Below are positions 1-15,000 of a DNA stretch of 50,662 bases, in pieces. The stretch spans positions 1-50,662 of the forward strand of contig CAYTHL010000003.1 in assembly GCA_964437615.1 (NCBI GenBank), given 5' to 3'. The position numbers and the translations under genes are program-made. The stretch's first letter is position 1. Each line of letters opens with the position of its first letter. Source of the DNA: an uncultured Lachnospiraceae bacterium (lineage in GTDB: Bacteria; Bacillota; Clostridia; Christensenellales; UBA1242). The notes below the pieces were generated by a model. The model was not told the origin of the DNA. It did no database searches and saw nothing but the letters and a program-made list of their open reading frames with translations.

Positions 1-3000
1 TACAGTGCCACTTGGCGTGCTATTGCTGCTTGGATTGTTGCCATTGTATACAATAACAAAGGTGTTTGCGGTGTAGTTAGCCAAAATTGTTATGTTTCCG
101 TAAACATTTGCGCCAATAGTTAGAGTGTTACCACTAATGCTTGGTAGTGTTTCGCCATGAGCCTCGGTGCTATTTGCATCCCAATCAATAGTCCATTTAT
201 CAAAAGTGTAGCCTGTTTTGGTTGGCTCAGTTAAAGTAATCTCTGTGCTACCTACGCTTGTTGTGTAGCTACCAGTGTTAGCACTCTCTACTTCCCCACC
301 AGCGTAATCGTAAGTAATATCGTAAGAGTTGCCAGTGTAAACAGCATATAATGTAATTGTGTCATTATCTGTTTTTGTCCAGTTGTATACAGTTGCGCCG
401 TCTGTGTACTTGGCTGCCACTGTTAAGCTTGCTGGCTTAGTTTCTGACCAACCGGCAAAACCATAACCGTTTACAACAAGTGCATTATCGTTAGCTGTAT
501 TAATTTTGTTTGCGGTAAGCAGAGTTCCTTCTGTGTCATAGATGTATGTGCTTGTGGTTATTGGGCTGGTGCCGTTATATGTGTAGTACTCAACAGTGTA
601 AGTGTTGGCATGGCCAGTTACAGATATATTATAGGTGCTGCCAGCAGTAAGAGCCTCTACTGTAAAGCTGCTGCTTGTGCCAGAAATTGTGCAATTATCG
701 CCATTTGCTGTAATTACGTCTAAGGTGTAGCCGTCTGCGCTAGTGATTGTTATGGTTACGCTTGCCCCATAAGCCACAGTGTAGCCAGCCGATGCGCTGC
801 CAGTTACCCCTGTGCCACTTAAGGCTATGCTTATCTTGTCCAAAATTGCTGCATTGTAAGAAATATTAACACTATATGTCAACCTCTGGAAGTATAGATA
901 AACAACAGTTTGTCCGCTGCCTTCTATTGTAAAGCTTGTTGCATCTTCTAGATTTGCTGCCGTTGTAGACAACTCTTTAGACCAGCCTATGTAGGTAAAG
1001 CCATCACGCGGCGTAACTAGTGTAGACACAGTTACCGCAGAATCAGTTGCGCCGTTGCTGCCAGTTGCTGCGCCACTTTTTGCGTAGTAGCCGTCCAATC
1101 CTTGAACTACATTTACATACTGGTATGGAGTATTTGCATAGCTCTTGGTCTCAAATGTAATTTCTAGTGGGCTTGTTGTGTATTTGTTAGTAAATACATA
1201 TTTGTATGTGTACACAAGTTTGTTTTCAGATATACCTATATTTTCAAATTCTGTTATAGGGCTGCCACCATTAAAGCTGATGCTTTGTAGTTGGTAACCG
1301 CTTTGAGTGGTTATAACTATGGTAACTTCCACACCATAAGGAACAGTGTAGTATACCGTTTGCGTGTTTGTCTGGCTATATGTAGATGCCATTGGAGTAA
1401 CCAGTTTTATGCCACCAAAAAGCCTTGTGGCACTGGTTGAAACGCCACTATTGGTGTTCTCTACAACCCCGGCGCCAGTAACAACTATGCTGTCTATGTA
1501 ACTACTATCATACTCAATTTCTACATTTATGGTAGTTCTTGTAAATAGCGCATAGATAGTTTGCCCGCTTAAACTAGATGTAATGGTTGTTTCGGTTATC
1601 TTTACAAAGTTACCGCTTGCGTCTAGAGTGTAAAGCCCGTCTACCATTACAAATCCGTCATAAGCCTCTGCAGTTATAATGTCTGCAATTGTCATGCCGT
1701 AGTAGTAGGTAGTTACGCTGCTAGAAATTGTGCCGCCAACGCCGTTTGAAACTTCTAGGTCATAAACACTAGAGGTTAATGTTGTTTTGCCAGCATTTTC
1801 GCCGCTTTGTGTGCGTCCAGCTAGGCTAATTGTGTATACATCTCGGTTAAATAGCGCGTAAACTGTTACTGCCTTTGCTGGCATGCTAGCTGTATATGTG
1901 CCGTCTGTATCGGATAGTTTGTTAGCCTCGGTAAATGTGGTGCTGCTGTAATAACCAACAAAGCTAAAGCTAGTATTTGCTTTTGCAGTTAGTGTATAGC
2001 TGTCGCCATACATAACATTGTTGCCGCTTAATGTGCTTGCAGAAATATCTACGCTGCCGCCAGCTGGGTCTGCAACATAGTTGCCACTGGTATTTTGAGT
2101 ATAAATGTTTACAGTTATTGCGCTAACAATTCTGTTGTAAGTAATGGTTACTTTTGCTTCGCCGTCGCCCGTTACGGTTGCGCTCTTAAAAGTTTCCTCG
2201 GTGGTAACTATCTGATAGCCAGTTAGGTCTATGACATCATTTTTAATTGCATTAAGAATTACATTAAGCGCCATAGTGTAAGTGATTGTGCTATCGGTAT
2301 TTGCCGTGTCGGTTAATGTTTTTTCTTCATAACTATTAGTTAGAGTTTGCAATTTTACTATAACTGTATATGTAGAGGCCTCTGTGCTCCATACAGCATA
2401 CAAGGTTTTAGTTAAGTTGGCTTCGTATACGCCGCCATTATCTGCTACTAAGCCTTTGTACCATTGGTTAATGGTGTCTGCAGATATGGTTATGCTTTCT
2501 GTATACTCACTTACTGTAGCGTCTGCTGTGGTAGCCCAGCCTGAGAATGCATATCCGTCTAGGTTGTATTTGCTGCCGTCAAGGGTTAAAGATTTGTCAT
2601 ATTCTGCGGTTACGTCATTTACAGTGCCGCTTATTGTGCCAGTTGTGTTTGTTGGTTTGTTGTCATCAAATTTTATAGTAAAGGTATTTGCAGACCACGA
2701 CGCGGTTGCAGTAATATCACCATAAGCATTTGCCGATATAGTTACAACATTATTGTTGTAGCTAAACCCAGTTTGGCTTTCAAATACAACTGTCCAGCCA
2801 GTAAAAGTGTGACCCTCATAAGTAGGTGTTACAAGAGTAACTTTTTGTGTTTCTTCTTTTACAGTGTAATTGCCGGCACTAATAGCGTCCCCGCCACTTA
2901 CATTGTAGGTAATGGTACATTGTTTGCCCTTGTATGCAGCATATAGCTTGACAGCTACAGTTACATCGGTGTAAATGTCTGTTATAGATTGTCCGTCTGC

Positions 3001-6000
3001 ATACTCTATGCTTGCCGCATCAACAATCTTGGTGGCGTTTGCCGATGTTGTCCAGCCAGCAAATTCAAACCCACCTATATTAATGCTGGAGCCGCCTTCT
3101 TCACTAGCTATAACACTAGCAGAAGTAAGTGGAGTTTCGGTGCCAACATAAATTGTTTGAGAATATAGTTTGGTATCGCCGTTATAAGAATAGTATTCTA
3201 CAACATAAGAATATTCAGAAATTATGTAAATAAGTGGTATTGTGCCGCTATTAGATAGAGTTTTTAATAACTCGTAATATTCTTCGGTTAGGGTTATTTT
3301 TGCAGAAGTGTAAATATTATCAGCGCCTGTAAAGGTAATTGAGGTGCCGCCTGTTACCACTTCGCTGCTAAGCGTGCCGCCTATATATAGCCCGCTTAGT
3401 GCGTAGCCAGTTTTAACTGCAATTTGAACAACTATTTCTTGACCATATCTTACGCTTGTAACGCTAGTTTTGCTTGTGTCGTCAGCAATATATATAACAA
3501 AACTATTTAGCCCAGCTCGGCTATTGTTGCTTGCAGTTTGAGAAAATCCGTATGTATACAAATTGTAGTATAAGTAAATTTTGGTAGAGCCGTCTGCCGC
3601 AACAGTAAATTGAGTAGTGCTGCTTAGGCTTGCTGCAGTTGCGTCTGTTGCCCAGCGGTAGTAGCTATAGTAAGACTGCAGCCCGGTGCTAGAAAACGTG
3701 CTAATTGTAACACTGCTGCCCGATGTAGCCTGATAGGTGTTGCCAAACACTGCATCATCGCCATAGCTGCCGTCAGGGTTTTGGTAAACATAGTAAACAT
3801 TGTAGTCTACCTCGGCTTCGGCTAGGGTTAAGGCAATTGTTAAATAGGTATAGGTAAGGTTTTCTGCGCTGGTATAGCTGTAGCTATATTTAAATTTGTT
3901 TCCGCTATTGCCTTCCTCGGTAGTAGTAAGTGGTATTGTATTGCCATTTTCTTTTGCCACAGAAATTGTATAGCCGCTTATTGTGGTTATTTTTAGTGTA
4001 TATTGCTCGCCATAATACAAGTTGTATTTTGTAGTAGTAGTATATGTTGTGTCTTTTATTGTAACGCTGCTTAGTTTATCAGTATTTGTTATGTTTACAG
4101 TAAAATAGTTGCGAGAGAATACTACATAAATGGTTACATCTGCAGTTATAGTTTCTGTGCTAAGCTCATTGCCTAATGTATAGCCCTTTTCTCCGTTGCT
4201 TAGTGATGTGTAGTAGCCAACTAGGCTAAAGCCTGTCTTTTTGGTAGCAGACAATAAGTCAGATATAGTTAAGCCATAGTAGTAGCTGCCCGCGCCCGTT
4301 ACTGTGCCAGCAGCTTTTTCTGTGTCCTTACTGTAAACGCCGTCTTTTGCATTGTCTACCGTCTGATAGTACTGCTCTACTGTTATTGTATATTTGTTTC
4401 TTCTAAACTTAGTAGTAATTGTAATATTGCTGCTTAAAATATCATTGTCGCCAATGGCATCGCCAACTACGCCGTCTGTGGTGTAGTAATACCCCTCTAG
4501 GGTAAATTCGGCTTTTTGGCTGTCTGTTTGGCTATAGCTTAGCAGACCAAGCACATTTACGCCATAGCGCAAGTCTTCGCTTAGTGTAAAGGTTGCAGAA
4601 CTAAAGCTTAATGTACCCTCTTGTGCGGTAGCAGAGGTATAGGTGCCGTCAGTGCCTTGTTCTTGCACTGCCAAACTTACAGTGTAAGATTTTCTTTTAT
4701 AGTTTAATGTAACTTTTGTAGTGCCGTCGGCAGCAATAACAACTGCACCAATTGCACTATCTGTTAAATCTAGATTAAAGTATGTGGCTAAGTCTAGGTT
4801 GCCATATGTTTCGGTGTTAAATGCATTTTCGGCGGCAGCTTTTACAGTATCTGCAACTAAGTTGTCGCCTGTTGTGCCTTCTAGTGTTATGGTTTGGGTA
4901 GCAGTAGTGTTTTCTAACATTTCTACATTAACCACTACACTATATCGTGTGTTTGTATTTGGGTTAAAGTATGCATAAAGAGTGATGCTGCCGCTAGTTG
5001 TTTTGCCATACAAGGTGTTTACTTGCGTTTCTGTTAGGCTGCCATTATCTGTGCTGTTTACAAATAGTTCTGTAGATTCTGCAGATAGTGTCCAGCCGTT
5101 AAAGTAGTAGCCTGTTTTGCTTGGGTTTTGGGCCAATTTGCCATCTTCTGTACTATATAGGCTGCCTGCTTGCCCATAGGTTAGGCTAGCAGAGTACGTT
5201 GTGTCGTCTACATTTAGTGTAATATTAAATTTGTCGCCAGACCAAACGGCATAAACTGTAGGGGTGCCGTTTTTAGCCCCATTGTTGTAGTATTGCGCGT
5301 AAAGGTCTGCTAGGCTAATTTCTGCCCCGTCTTGTGTAGCCCAACCGCCAAAGGTGTAGCCATAGCGTGATATGTTATCACTTGTTGGCAAACTAACTGA
5401 GGTTTGTGTATATGTTACCTTTACGGTTGTAGAAATACCTTCTGCCCAAGTTCCGCCATTAGAATCTAGGCTAACTTCATATTCGTCTTCTTTCCACATT
5501 GCAGTAAATGTTAATCCATTATAGCCATAATCGGTATAATCCCCATAATAGCTACAAATATCGCTTGCCGATATTGTATCTCCTGCATGGAATTTTTTAT
5601 CTGCATCTATATTCAGTTTCCAGTAATCAAAGGTGTAACCGAAAGTTTTTTCTACATTTTCTATGCCTTTTATAATTAAAGCTGTATTATACTTAGCGTC
5701 GCTTTCGGTTGGTGCCACTAAGGATACCTGTTTTTTTGTTGTATCATCATAGTAGGTGTAGCTTCCGCCAAGAGAATAAGATACATTAATTGAAATTGGC
5801 TCGGCACTAATAGAAAATTCGTTATTAAGCCCAATTGTATATTTTTGAATAGTTGCACTGCCGCCAGGAAGAAGTGTCCAGCCGTCGTTAGTTAGGTTTA
5901 TAAATTGGTAGCCAGTTTTTGTAGTGGCTGTTAAACTAACAATTGTGCCGTAATCAAACCATGCAATGTAAATTCCACCATCAGTGCTATCCCAACTAAT

Positions 6001-9000
6001 TTCACTATATTCTGTATCGCTTTCATATTTAACGCCAGATATTTCTATACGAGATGGGTCGGTAGTTACTTGTAGTTTATACTGATTAATGCTATATTTA
6101 GCAGTTAAGGCTAAATTTTCTGCCTCAGAATATGGGGTAATTAACTCGCTGCTATCTGCACTAATTTTTACTGTTTCTCCACTATAAAGGCCTAGAGGTG
6201 TATAACCCTCTTTTGTTATAGTAATATTTGTTACTTCATAAACGCTTACACCATCACCTTTGTAGGCAGGGCTAGTTTGTGCGTAATACAAGTTAGATGT
6301 TCCGTATAGCACATAAATTGCGCCAGTCTGCTCAGCTTGTCCTACAACAAAGGTGCCGCCTTCATAGGTAAATTCTACCTCGCCGCCGTCTGCCTCTATC
6401 GATACTAGGTAGTAATTAGCAGCCCAAACTGCATACAAATTCTTTGTGCCGTTCTTGCCAACGCCAGTTTCGCCATACCAAGTGTTTACAGTGGCAGAAG
6501 AAATCTTGGCGTTTAGAGTATAATCAGCAGTCTCTTTGCCCGCATCTGTTGCCCAGCCAGTTAGGGTGTAGCCCGAATTTTCAAAGGCTGTGGTTTTAAT
6601 ATTGTATTCTGTATCGTAAGTAGCCACATCTTCTTCTGTGCTGCTGCCAAAGTTGTATACTACCTTAAAGGTATCCTTTTGCCATGCTAGATATACAGTT
6701 GTTGCCGAGGTAATAAGCTGGTCTTCGGCTAATTCTATTAGCTCGTCACTGCTATTTTTAACAAAGTATGTGTCTGCTAGCAAATTGTAGCCCGTTTTAG
6801 TGGCGGCAAAGGTTGTACCCGCCAATAAATTATATAGTTTTGCACCATAAACGCCCGTAATGGTGGAAGTGTCTGCGCTGTCAAATTTTCCGCCATTTGC
6901 GTCTACTGTTATATTGTAGGAATTTCGCACTAGGTAAACATTAATTACAACAGGTTCTTCGTCGTGCTCTTTGGTGCAAAAGAAATCAGTTTCTTTTAAA
7001 TTATCTTTTGTTTTTAAATCGCCAGTTTTGTACTCGCTAATAGCATAAATTGTGTAGTTAGACAGAATGTCTTCGCTTATTTCTTTCTCAACAAAATTTA
7101 ATAGGTCTAAGTAATGAATATTGCTATCACTAGTGTAACTGCTATTATCGCTAACCGACAGGGTTAATGAAGAATAACTATCTTTGCTTGTAGCATCTTT
7201 TGCGCTATATTCATCTTGGCTAATGTCTTGACCATATAAATCTAGTTGTATTGTTATGGTTTGAGCTTTCCAAGTCATACACAAAGAGAGATTGTCGCCA
7301 TAAGTGGTGTATGTATTATATAAAGTTCGGCTATCTGAGCTGCTCCAACCAGTTGCACCAAAAGTGCCACCCTTAATAGATGTACTAATATAAAGTTGCC
7401 ACCCGTTTGCCGTATAGCCACCCTTTGTTGGTGTAGGAATTGTTACAAAATAAGGGCTTGTAGCTAGGTCTACATAATATGTTAAGGTGCCAAGGTTCTC
7501 TGCAAAGGTAATATCCCTATATAGTGTTACTGTATATGTTTTGGCTTGCCAAATTGTGTAAAGGGTAAGCGTTTTACCCTCCCCCACACTAGTATAAAGA
7601 GCATAAACATCATCTGCGCTAAGCTGGGTGCCGGTTATATATTTAATATCTAGCGCATTACTACTAAATCTAGTGTCTTCTGTTATGCCAGTTGTTTCTA
7701 ATCCGCCTACTAGTGTAGACCAGCCTGCAAAGGTGTAGCCGTCTAGCGTCCATTTTGGGTCTGCAAAGGTATAGGTTGTGCCAACTGTTAAGGTTTCAGT
7801 TTGTGCACTGGCAGCCTCGTTATTTTCTGCCAATACATTTATGCTTTCTGGCACACTAAATTCAACTGGGAAATATTCGCCAGAGTTGGATATTTCTAAT
7901 AATCCGTAAACAGTTGTGTTTGGAGTTAGTGCAATATAAATATTTTTGCCGGCTATTGTTAGCTCAACACTTATCTCCGATTGCGCTGTAAAGCTAGAAG
8001 ATACATAGGCGCTGTTATTTTCAGTAAATGTTGTTTCTGTTAAATTTATTGTTATTTTGGTTACTTTGTAGCCGTCTTGAACAGTACTATAAACAACTAC
8101 GCAAGAGCCATATTGCACCTTGCCCTCGGCTATATAACCAACGCCAGAAGATATAGTTTCGTCCAAAACTGTGCTTGCTTGTGTGTTATATAATTTTAGT
8201 TCATTATTGCTAGATGCCTGCGCGCTATCTTGAGAGGCTGCTATACTATATGCCACCATTTTTCTGGTGTAATATAGATAGATTTTTGTGCCACTGCCAG
8301 CAGCAACAACAAAGCTATCCGTGCCAAACGAACCGCTTAGGGCAGTTACAAGGTTTATTCCGTCTAGGCTGTATGCATAAATTTCAAAGCCCTCGGTAAG
8401 ATGTCCGCCGCCAATAATATCATTAATAGTTATTTCTGCATCGGTGTAGCTAGTTATAGCATCAGTGGTTTCTGTGTATGTATTAGTGTTGGTTGCCTCG
8501 TTGGTGCCAAGCTTTTGGTTTTCTACATAAACTGTATATGTAGCCGCGTCTGGCGTTGCAGAAATGGTCAATTTTCCGTCAGCAAGATAGGTATAGCTTA
8601 CACTAACACTAGCATTAGTAATTGTAAGTGCGTAATCAGTTTCTGCAATAGTTATTTTTGCGCCTGATATACTGTAGCCGTCAGACAATGTAAAGGTAAA
8701 GGTACCGGTTGCGCCATAATAAACTTTGTATATGCCGTCCCCGCTAGATATAATGCCGTTTGCATTAGTTAGGGTTAGGTTGTTTACACCCTTGCTGATT
8801 TCTATTGTTAATGTATTGCTCTTTAAGGTATATCTTACATAAACTACTTGGTTTTCTGCTAGGTCTGCTAGTGTAACAATGTAGGTGCCGTCTGTTAAAG
8901 TATAATTTAAACTAGAATTTTCGGCAAAATCTGGGCTTGTAAAGAAGCCGTCAAAAGTGTAGCCAACTTCATCTTTGGCTGTTATAGTTGCCGTTGTTTC

Positions 9001-12000
9001 ATACAAATATGTGCCAGTGCCAGTTAGCGTGCCAAAATTTTCGGTAGCGGCAGAATACTCATCTGCCTCGGCATCGGCAAAGGTTTGATAGTATCCGTTT
9101 ACCTGTACGCTAATTTCTATGCGGCTAAATACCACATAAAGTGTTGCAGCGCTTATAACAGTGTATGGGCTAGTAATTTGGTCGCCAAATTTTTCGCTAG
9201 TGTAGTTTGCATACCAAACAGCAGTTTTATAGCCTGTTTTATCTGCTGCGCTAAGCTCAATTTGTGCACCATATTGGTAATCTCTATCAAAAGTTGTGCC
9301 TACTACTGTGCTAGCATCGGCTGTATCTGCAACAAAATTGCCCTCTGTGTTTTGAAGATAAACTACTACGCTTATCTTGTATTCTATGCGGTTATAATAC
9401 ACATAAACAACAGTTGTGCCGTCGCCGCTTAAAGTTGTAGGTGTAAAATTAGTTGCATCTAAACTAAATCCGGTTATTGTTGGCAATGCTTTGCCTGCCT
9501 CGGTTAGTTTTGTTTGCAAATAGGTGTAATCTATTGTTGTGTCTGTGGTGCCAGTTAGAGTTATGTTGTACTGCTCGTCTATTGTATAGGTTTCTTGCCC
9601 AAGGTCTTGCAGTTTAATAGAAACGGTAAAGTTTATATTAGTTTTTGCAATATAGGTTATTTTTGCACTAGTTGTTTCTGTTTGATAATCTGCCCAATTA
9701 TCTTTAAGGTAGACATAAAGTTCATTACTACTATTTACATCTACAATTTGAGTTGAAGTTTCTCCGCTTATTTTGTTAATGCCAGTAACTTTATAGCCAA
9801 CTTTGCTTGCAGAAATTGACGATATTTCATAATAAACATCGCCGGCGTTGTAGAATAGCTTATTTGTATTAAATTGAGCATAAAGTGTTATATTGTTGTC
9901 AGTTACTGTCTGCGTGCCACTATTGTATTTAACAGTTATTGTTCCGCCATTGCCGTCAATAGATAGCGCATAGTATCTAGCCTCTGTGGCAACGACTATT
10001 TTGTTGCCGCCTGCCGCAATTTCTACTGTGCCGGTATAGGTGGTGGTTTGGCTGCCAATAGTGTCTACCGCGCCGGTTACAGCTGTAATTCTGTAGCCGT
10101 CTGTAGCTACTATAGAAAGGCTTACGCTTTCACCATATGTTGCGCTAAAGGTATAAGTGCCGTTATTTGCAGTGCCTGCTACACCATTTGCGCTAACGCT
10201 TGCAATATTAGCCCCGCTAACATCAACCGTTAAGGTGTATGATGCAGCCTCAGAGTTGATTGTAATATTATTTGCAGTTTCCCCAGCTTTTATAGTATAT
10301 GTAAAAGTAGCTGTTTGTTTATAATTTTGGGTTTCTGCCTCAAATGTTTGTTCTGTGCCATTAACCAAAATTTTGCTAAATACAAAGCCGGTATTTGTTG
10401 TTGCAACAATTGTTACTGAAGTTTTGTAAGGTATGCTAAAGGTATAAATATTGCCGCTATCAATATTTGTATAAGATGTTTCTCCTGCAGCAACAGTAAC
10501 GCTAGCAATGTTGCTATCTGCAGTAATTACAAGGTTGTAATTGTTCTTTGTGTACTGAGCATAGACGGTAACTGTACTTTCGGCATAATATGTCCACTTT
10601 GCATCTCCGTCTGTGTAGTTAGAAAGGCCATTAACAGCGTTATTTATTAAGGCTCCGTTTTCATCAAACAAGAATGACTTGCCCTCTTTGTCTATAGAGT
10701 AGCCTAAAAATTTATAACCAGTTAGTGTGCTTATATAGTTGCCAGTAAGAGTTTCGCCAAATACAATATCTTTGCTATCTTTGGTCTGCTCTGCATCGTT
10801 TTCGTCTGTTGGCAGATTTTTGTTGAAATATATAGTGTATGTGTTTGGAGAGTACACAGCCCAAAGAGAGATTTTTAGTGAGCCTGTGTATGCCCCGCCG
10901 CCCAAAGCTGTTGTGTACAAATTGTTAATTACACTAGCTTTAAGCTCCACGCTTTGGTTTTTGTATTCTAAGTTTTCGTCTGCAACTGCAGATTCTTTGC
11001 TCTGAGACCAGCCTGTAAAGGTGTATCCATTTTTACTAGGGATAGCCACAAACTGCCCATCAGTGTCGTAATAGTAGGTGCTCTCTGTTGGGTTTTGCCC
11101 GTCATCAAAAGCGCCACCATTAGCATAGTAGCTTATAGTTATGCTATTTTTCTGCCATACAGCATACAAGTTTTTGGTAAGGCTTGTGTATTCTGCACCT
11201 CCAAGCAAAGTAGAGTACCAAGTGTTTACGCTAGTTGCGTCAACTGTTTGGCCAAGCACAGTTACGTCCGCGATAGAAATAACTGCGCTGGTAATAGTTT
11301 CTGCCCAGCCTACAAAAGAGTATCCATACAAGGTGTACTTACTAGTTGTTAGATTAAATGCCACATTGTAAGTTGCGGTGTCATTTGATATAGTTTCTTC
11401 TGTGGTGCTAGAAGTGTCGGTTGGCACATTTGCATTGTAAACTACTGTTATGGTGTTGGCTTTAAATGCTGCATAGTATGTTATTGTGCCATTATTAGTG
11501 CTGATTAGGTTAATAAGTTGGTCGCCGGCCTGTATAGATGCCGTTGTTGCATTGGCTGTAGCCGACCACCCAGCAAAGGTATAGCCATACAGCGTGTAAA
11601 TATCAGGGTAACTTGCAGCAACATCATAGGTATAGCCCATGCTGTAACCGATAACATTATTGTTGACATCATAAACTGCTGTCATGCCAGAAACAGCACT
11701 TTCTATTACCCCACAATTGCCTAGTTCGCCGCTTGGCTTACTCATTAAATATTCTACTGTATAGGTATTTTGTTTCCATACAGCGTAAAGTGTTATGGCT
11801 AGGTTGGTGTCAGCCGCGTTATAAAGAGCGTCTATATTTGTAGCCGTCATTGTTGCGCTATAGTTAAAGTCGGCAGTAGTTGCTTCTCTAGAAATTGCCC
11901 AGCCTGTTAAGGTGTAGCCAGTTTTGGTAAATATAATGCCATAGAACTCGCTTTCGCTGTTGCCACTTTCTATGTATGTAACATTTTGAGTTTGGCTTGC

Positions 12001-15000
12001 GCCGTTGCCGCCATTATTGTTATAAGTAATTTCAATGGTTTGAGCTTGCCACTGCGCCGTAATCTGGGCTGTTCCGCCGTTTTCGGCTGTTAAATTGGTA
12101 ACCGAGTAATTGCTTAAAACTTCTTTGTCGGCATCTGTTGTGCCAGCAAAATTAACACTGCTACCAAAGCCAACCAAAGTATGCCCTTTGCGCTCTACTT
12201 TGCTAATTAATTTATCTAAGGTGTAAGTTTGGTCGTAAGTTAAGGTAAATTGTAAGCTTGTGCCGCTTGTTGTGCTGCCCACAATTAGCGCGCTATCAGC
12301 TGCCGTTAATGTAGCATTTTCACTGCCAGAAGATATGGTTAAAGTGTATGTATTTGCTGTAAAGTTTGCAGTTAATTCTACTACTCTGCCGTCAATTACG
12401 GTAGTATTTGTAGAGTAATTACTAAACAAGTTGTTAATTTGGGTTTTGTTTATAGTAATTGCATTGCTTTCTACATTTAAGGTAATTTTTGTTTCGCCAA
12501 TTTTAGTGGTGTAGCCAGTTAGTGTATAACCTGTTTTTGTTACAAGTGTTAAGGTTGCAGTCTCTTGATTGTATTGTAATTTATCTGTACCAAGGACATC
12601 TTCTCCGCCCATATACTGCATGGTAAACGACTGCACGGCAGTTGCAATATTAATTCCGCCGTCAGCTAGGTACTCATATTTAATTGTGGTAGCAATAGTT
12701 GTTTCGTCTTCTTCGCCAGATAATTTTAGTGTGTAGCCAGTAATTTTGTAGCCTTCGGCAGCCTCTGCGTTTACTGTAACAGTAGCACCGTAATACACTT
12801 TGTAGGTGCCGTCATCATTTTTAGTTACGCCAACAATATTCTCTTGCGTGTTTGTGGTAAGGCTAGCCTCGCCGTTAGATATATTGACGCTTACAGTGTT
12901 GTATTTTCTTGCATAAACAAGGGTTAGCACTAGGTTACTTGTGATATTTGTGCCGCCACTTGTGTAAAAATTATCGCCAACATAGTATCCATAGAACTCA
13001 AAACCAGTAATATTGCCGCCAAGCGCTGCTATTGTGCTCCAAGACAATTCGGTATCTATCTCACCAGTACCTGTGCCGTTTTGTATATAGTATTCTGTTT
13101 CCTCTGCGCCAGTTAAATCTTGCAACTTAACATTGTAGGTGTAGGTAACATTTCCGCTCTCAAAGTTGGTGTAAAGAACAACCGTGCCATTGTTTGTTGC
13201 AGTTAAATTGGTTATGGTTTGGCTAGCAACAATTTTGTCATATGCTGTTCCCTCTTGTGGTATCCAATAAGTAAAGGTGTAGCCAGCAAGTGTGTAGCCG
13301 TAGCTGCCGCTAGTTAGGTCTACCAAGGTTATAGCAACATCATAGGTGCAACCAATATAGTAGTAGTCGCCATAGGTTTGGTCTGTTGCCTTTGTTGCAA
13401 CAATATCTTTGTTGTTTGCATCTTTAGCAACCACCAAGCTGCTATCCGTTGGCCATTTTAAAACAATCGTGCTGCTTGCGCCATCTGCCTTGCCTACAAA
13501 GAGTATTGTATAGGTGTTTGCAGTGTAGTTGGCAACTAGGGTTATAGACTTACCTTGTGTGTAATTTTCTGCGTTTTCTTCTCCAAATAATTGTGCATAC
13601 AAAGCATTTACAGTGGTTTTTCCGCCTGCTGTAATTAAATTATCTTGGCTTGAAGCCTCGGTGTCTATGCTAAAACCAGCAAAGGTGTAGCCCGTTTTTG
13701 TATAGCCTGTAGCAAGGCTAAACAAATCGTCGTTGTAGGTTGCAGTAACTGTTTGGCTAGTGCCCGTACCAGAACCTGGGGCAAAAATAACATCAAAGGT
13801 ATTTGCCGTGTAAGAAGCTTTTAAAGTAATGGTTTTTTGTTCGTAATTATCTTCTCCAAATACTAAATAGTACAGACCATTTACCGAATTTGCTGTGGTT
13901 TTATCGCCGGCAGATAGTGTTGTGCCAGCTGCGTAATTGTAGGTAGTTTCGCCCTTTGTGTAAACCCAATTGGTTAGGGTGTAGCCGTATTTATGGAATG
14001 TTTCTGCGCCTTGCAAAACAAAGCTATTGTCGTAAGTTAAGGTAGTATTAAACTGCGCATCAACCGTTCCCTCTTCGGTTGCATATTGTACTTGTATAGT
14101 GTTTTGTTGCCAAACTGCATAAAGGGTGCGGTTTGTAACAATTGCGCCGCTAACTGTAAATAGCGCATTTGTTTGGTCTACAGTTAGGCTAATTTTGCTA
14201 TCATTAATAGCATATTCGGCAGATGCTGCATCGATTGTTGTTGCCCAACCCATAAAGGTGTAGCCGTATCTTGCACCAATTAGGCTAACATCTAGTGTGC
14301 TAGTTGCATTGTAGGTAATATAGCCATTTGCAGGGTCTGCAACTGCCCCGTTTGAGTTGCTATTATAATATATAGTAAGGTCTTTTGGCAAAGCTTTGGC
14401 AACAATGGTTACCTCGCTTGTAATGGTTAGGTTGGTTGGGTTGTTGCTGCTAAATTCAGTGGTTTCCCCACTATAATACCAGCCAACAAAACGGTACCCT
14501 TCTGCAATTGTGGCCGAAAGATTTACAATTGCCTCGTATTTTACATAATATACATTTTGGTCTTCTTCGTTCGAGTTGTCTTTTACATAGCCTTGCTCGG
14601 TGCCAGTTAAAACTGCACTGGTTATGCCGGCATTTTGACTATCTATATTTACTGTTACTTTAATATAGTCGCGCGCGTAGTAAACGGTAATTTCTAAACT
14701 TCCATCTGCCGCTATTTCTAAAGAATTGTTTTCTAGATTTGTGCTATAACTGCTAAATACAAAACCTTGCAAGCTAAAGTTTGCATTTTTTAGCAATTTT
14801 GCTATACTTCCACTTTCTTCTTCTATATCTTGCTTTAAAGCGTCTTGAGAATCATAGGCAGCAGACGCTGTTGTGCCTTGAAAACTTAAAGTTAGGCTAT
14901 CGCTAGCATAAGTGCCGTCTAAGTTTTCACGAATAATTGTAACTTTATAATCTGTTGTGTCGTTAGCTTTCCAAACGGCAGTAAATTTAAAGTATTTTTC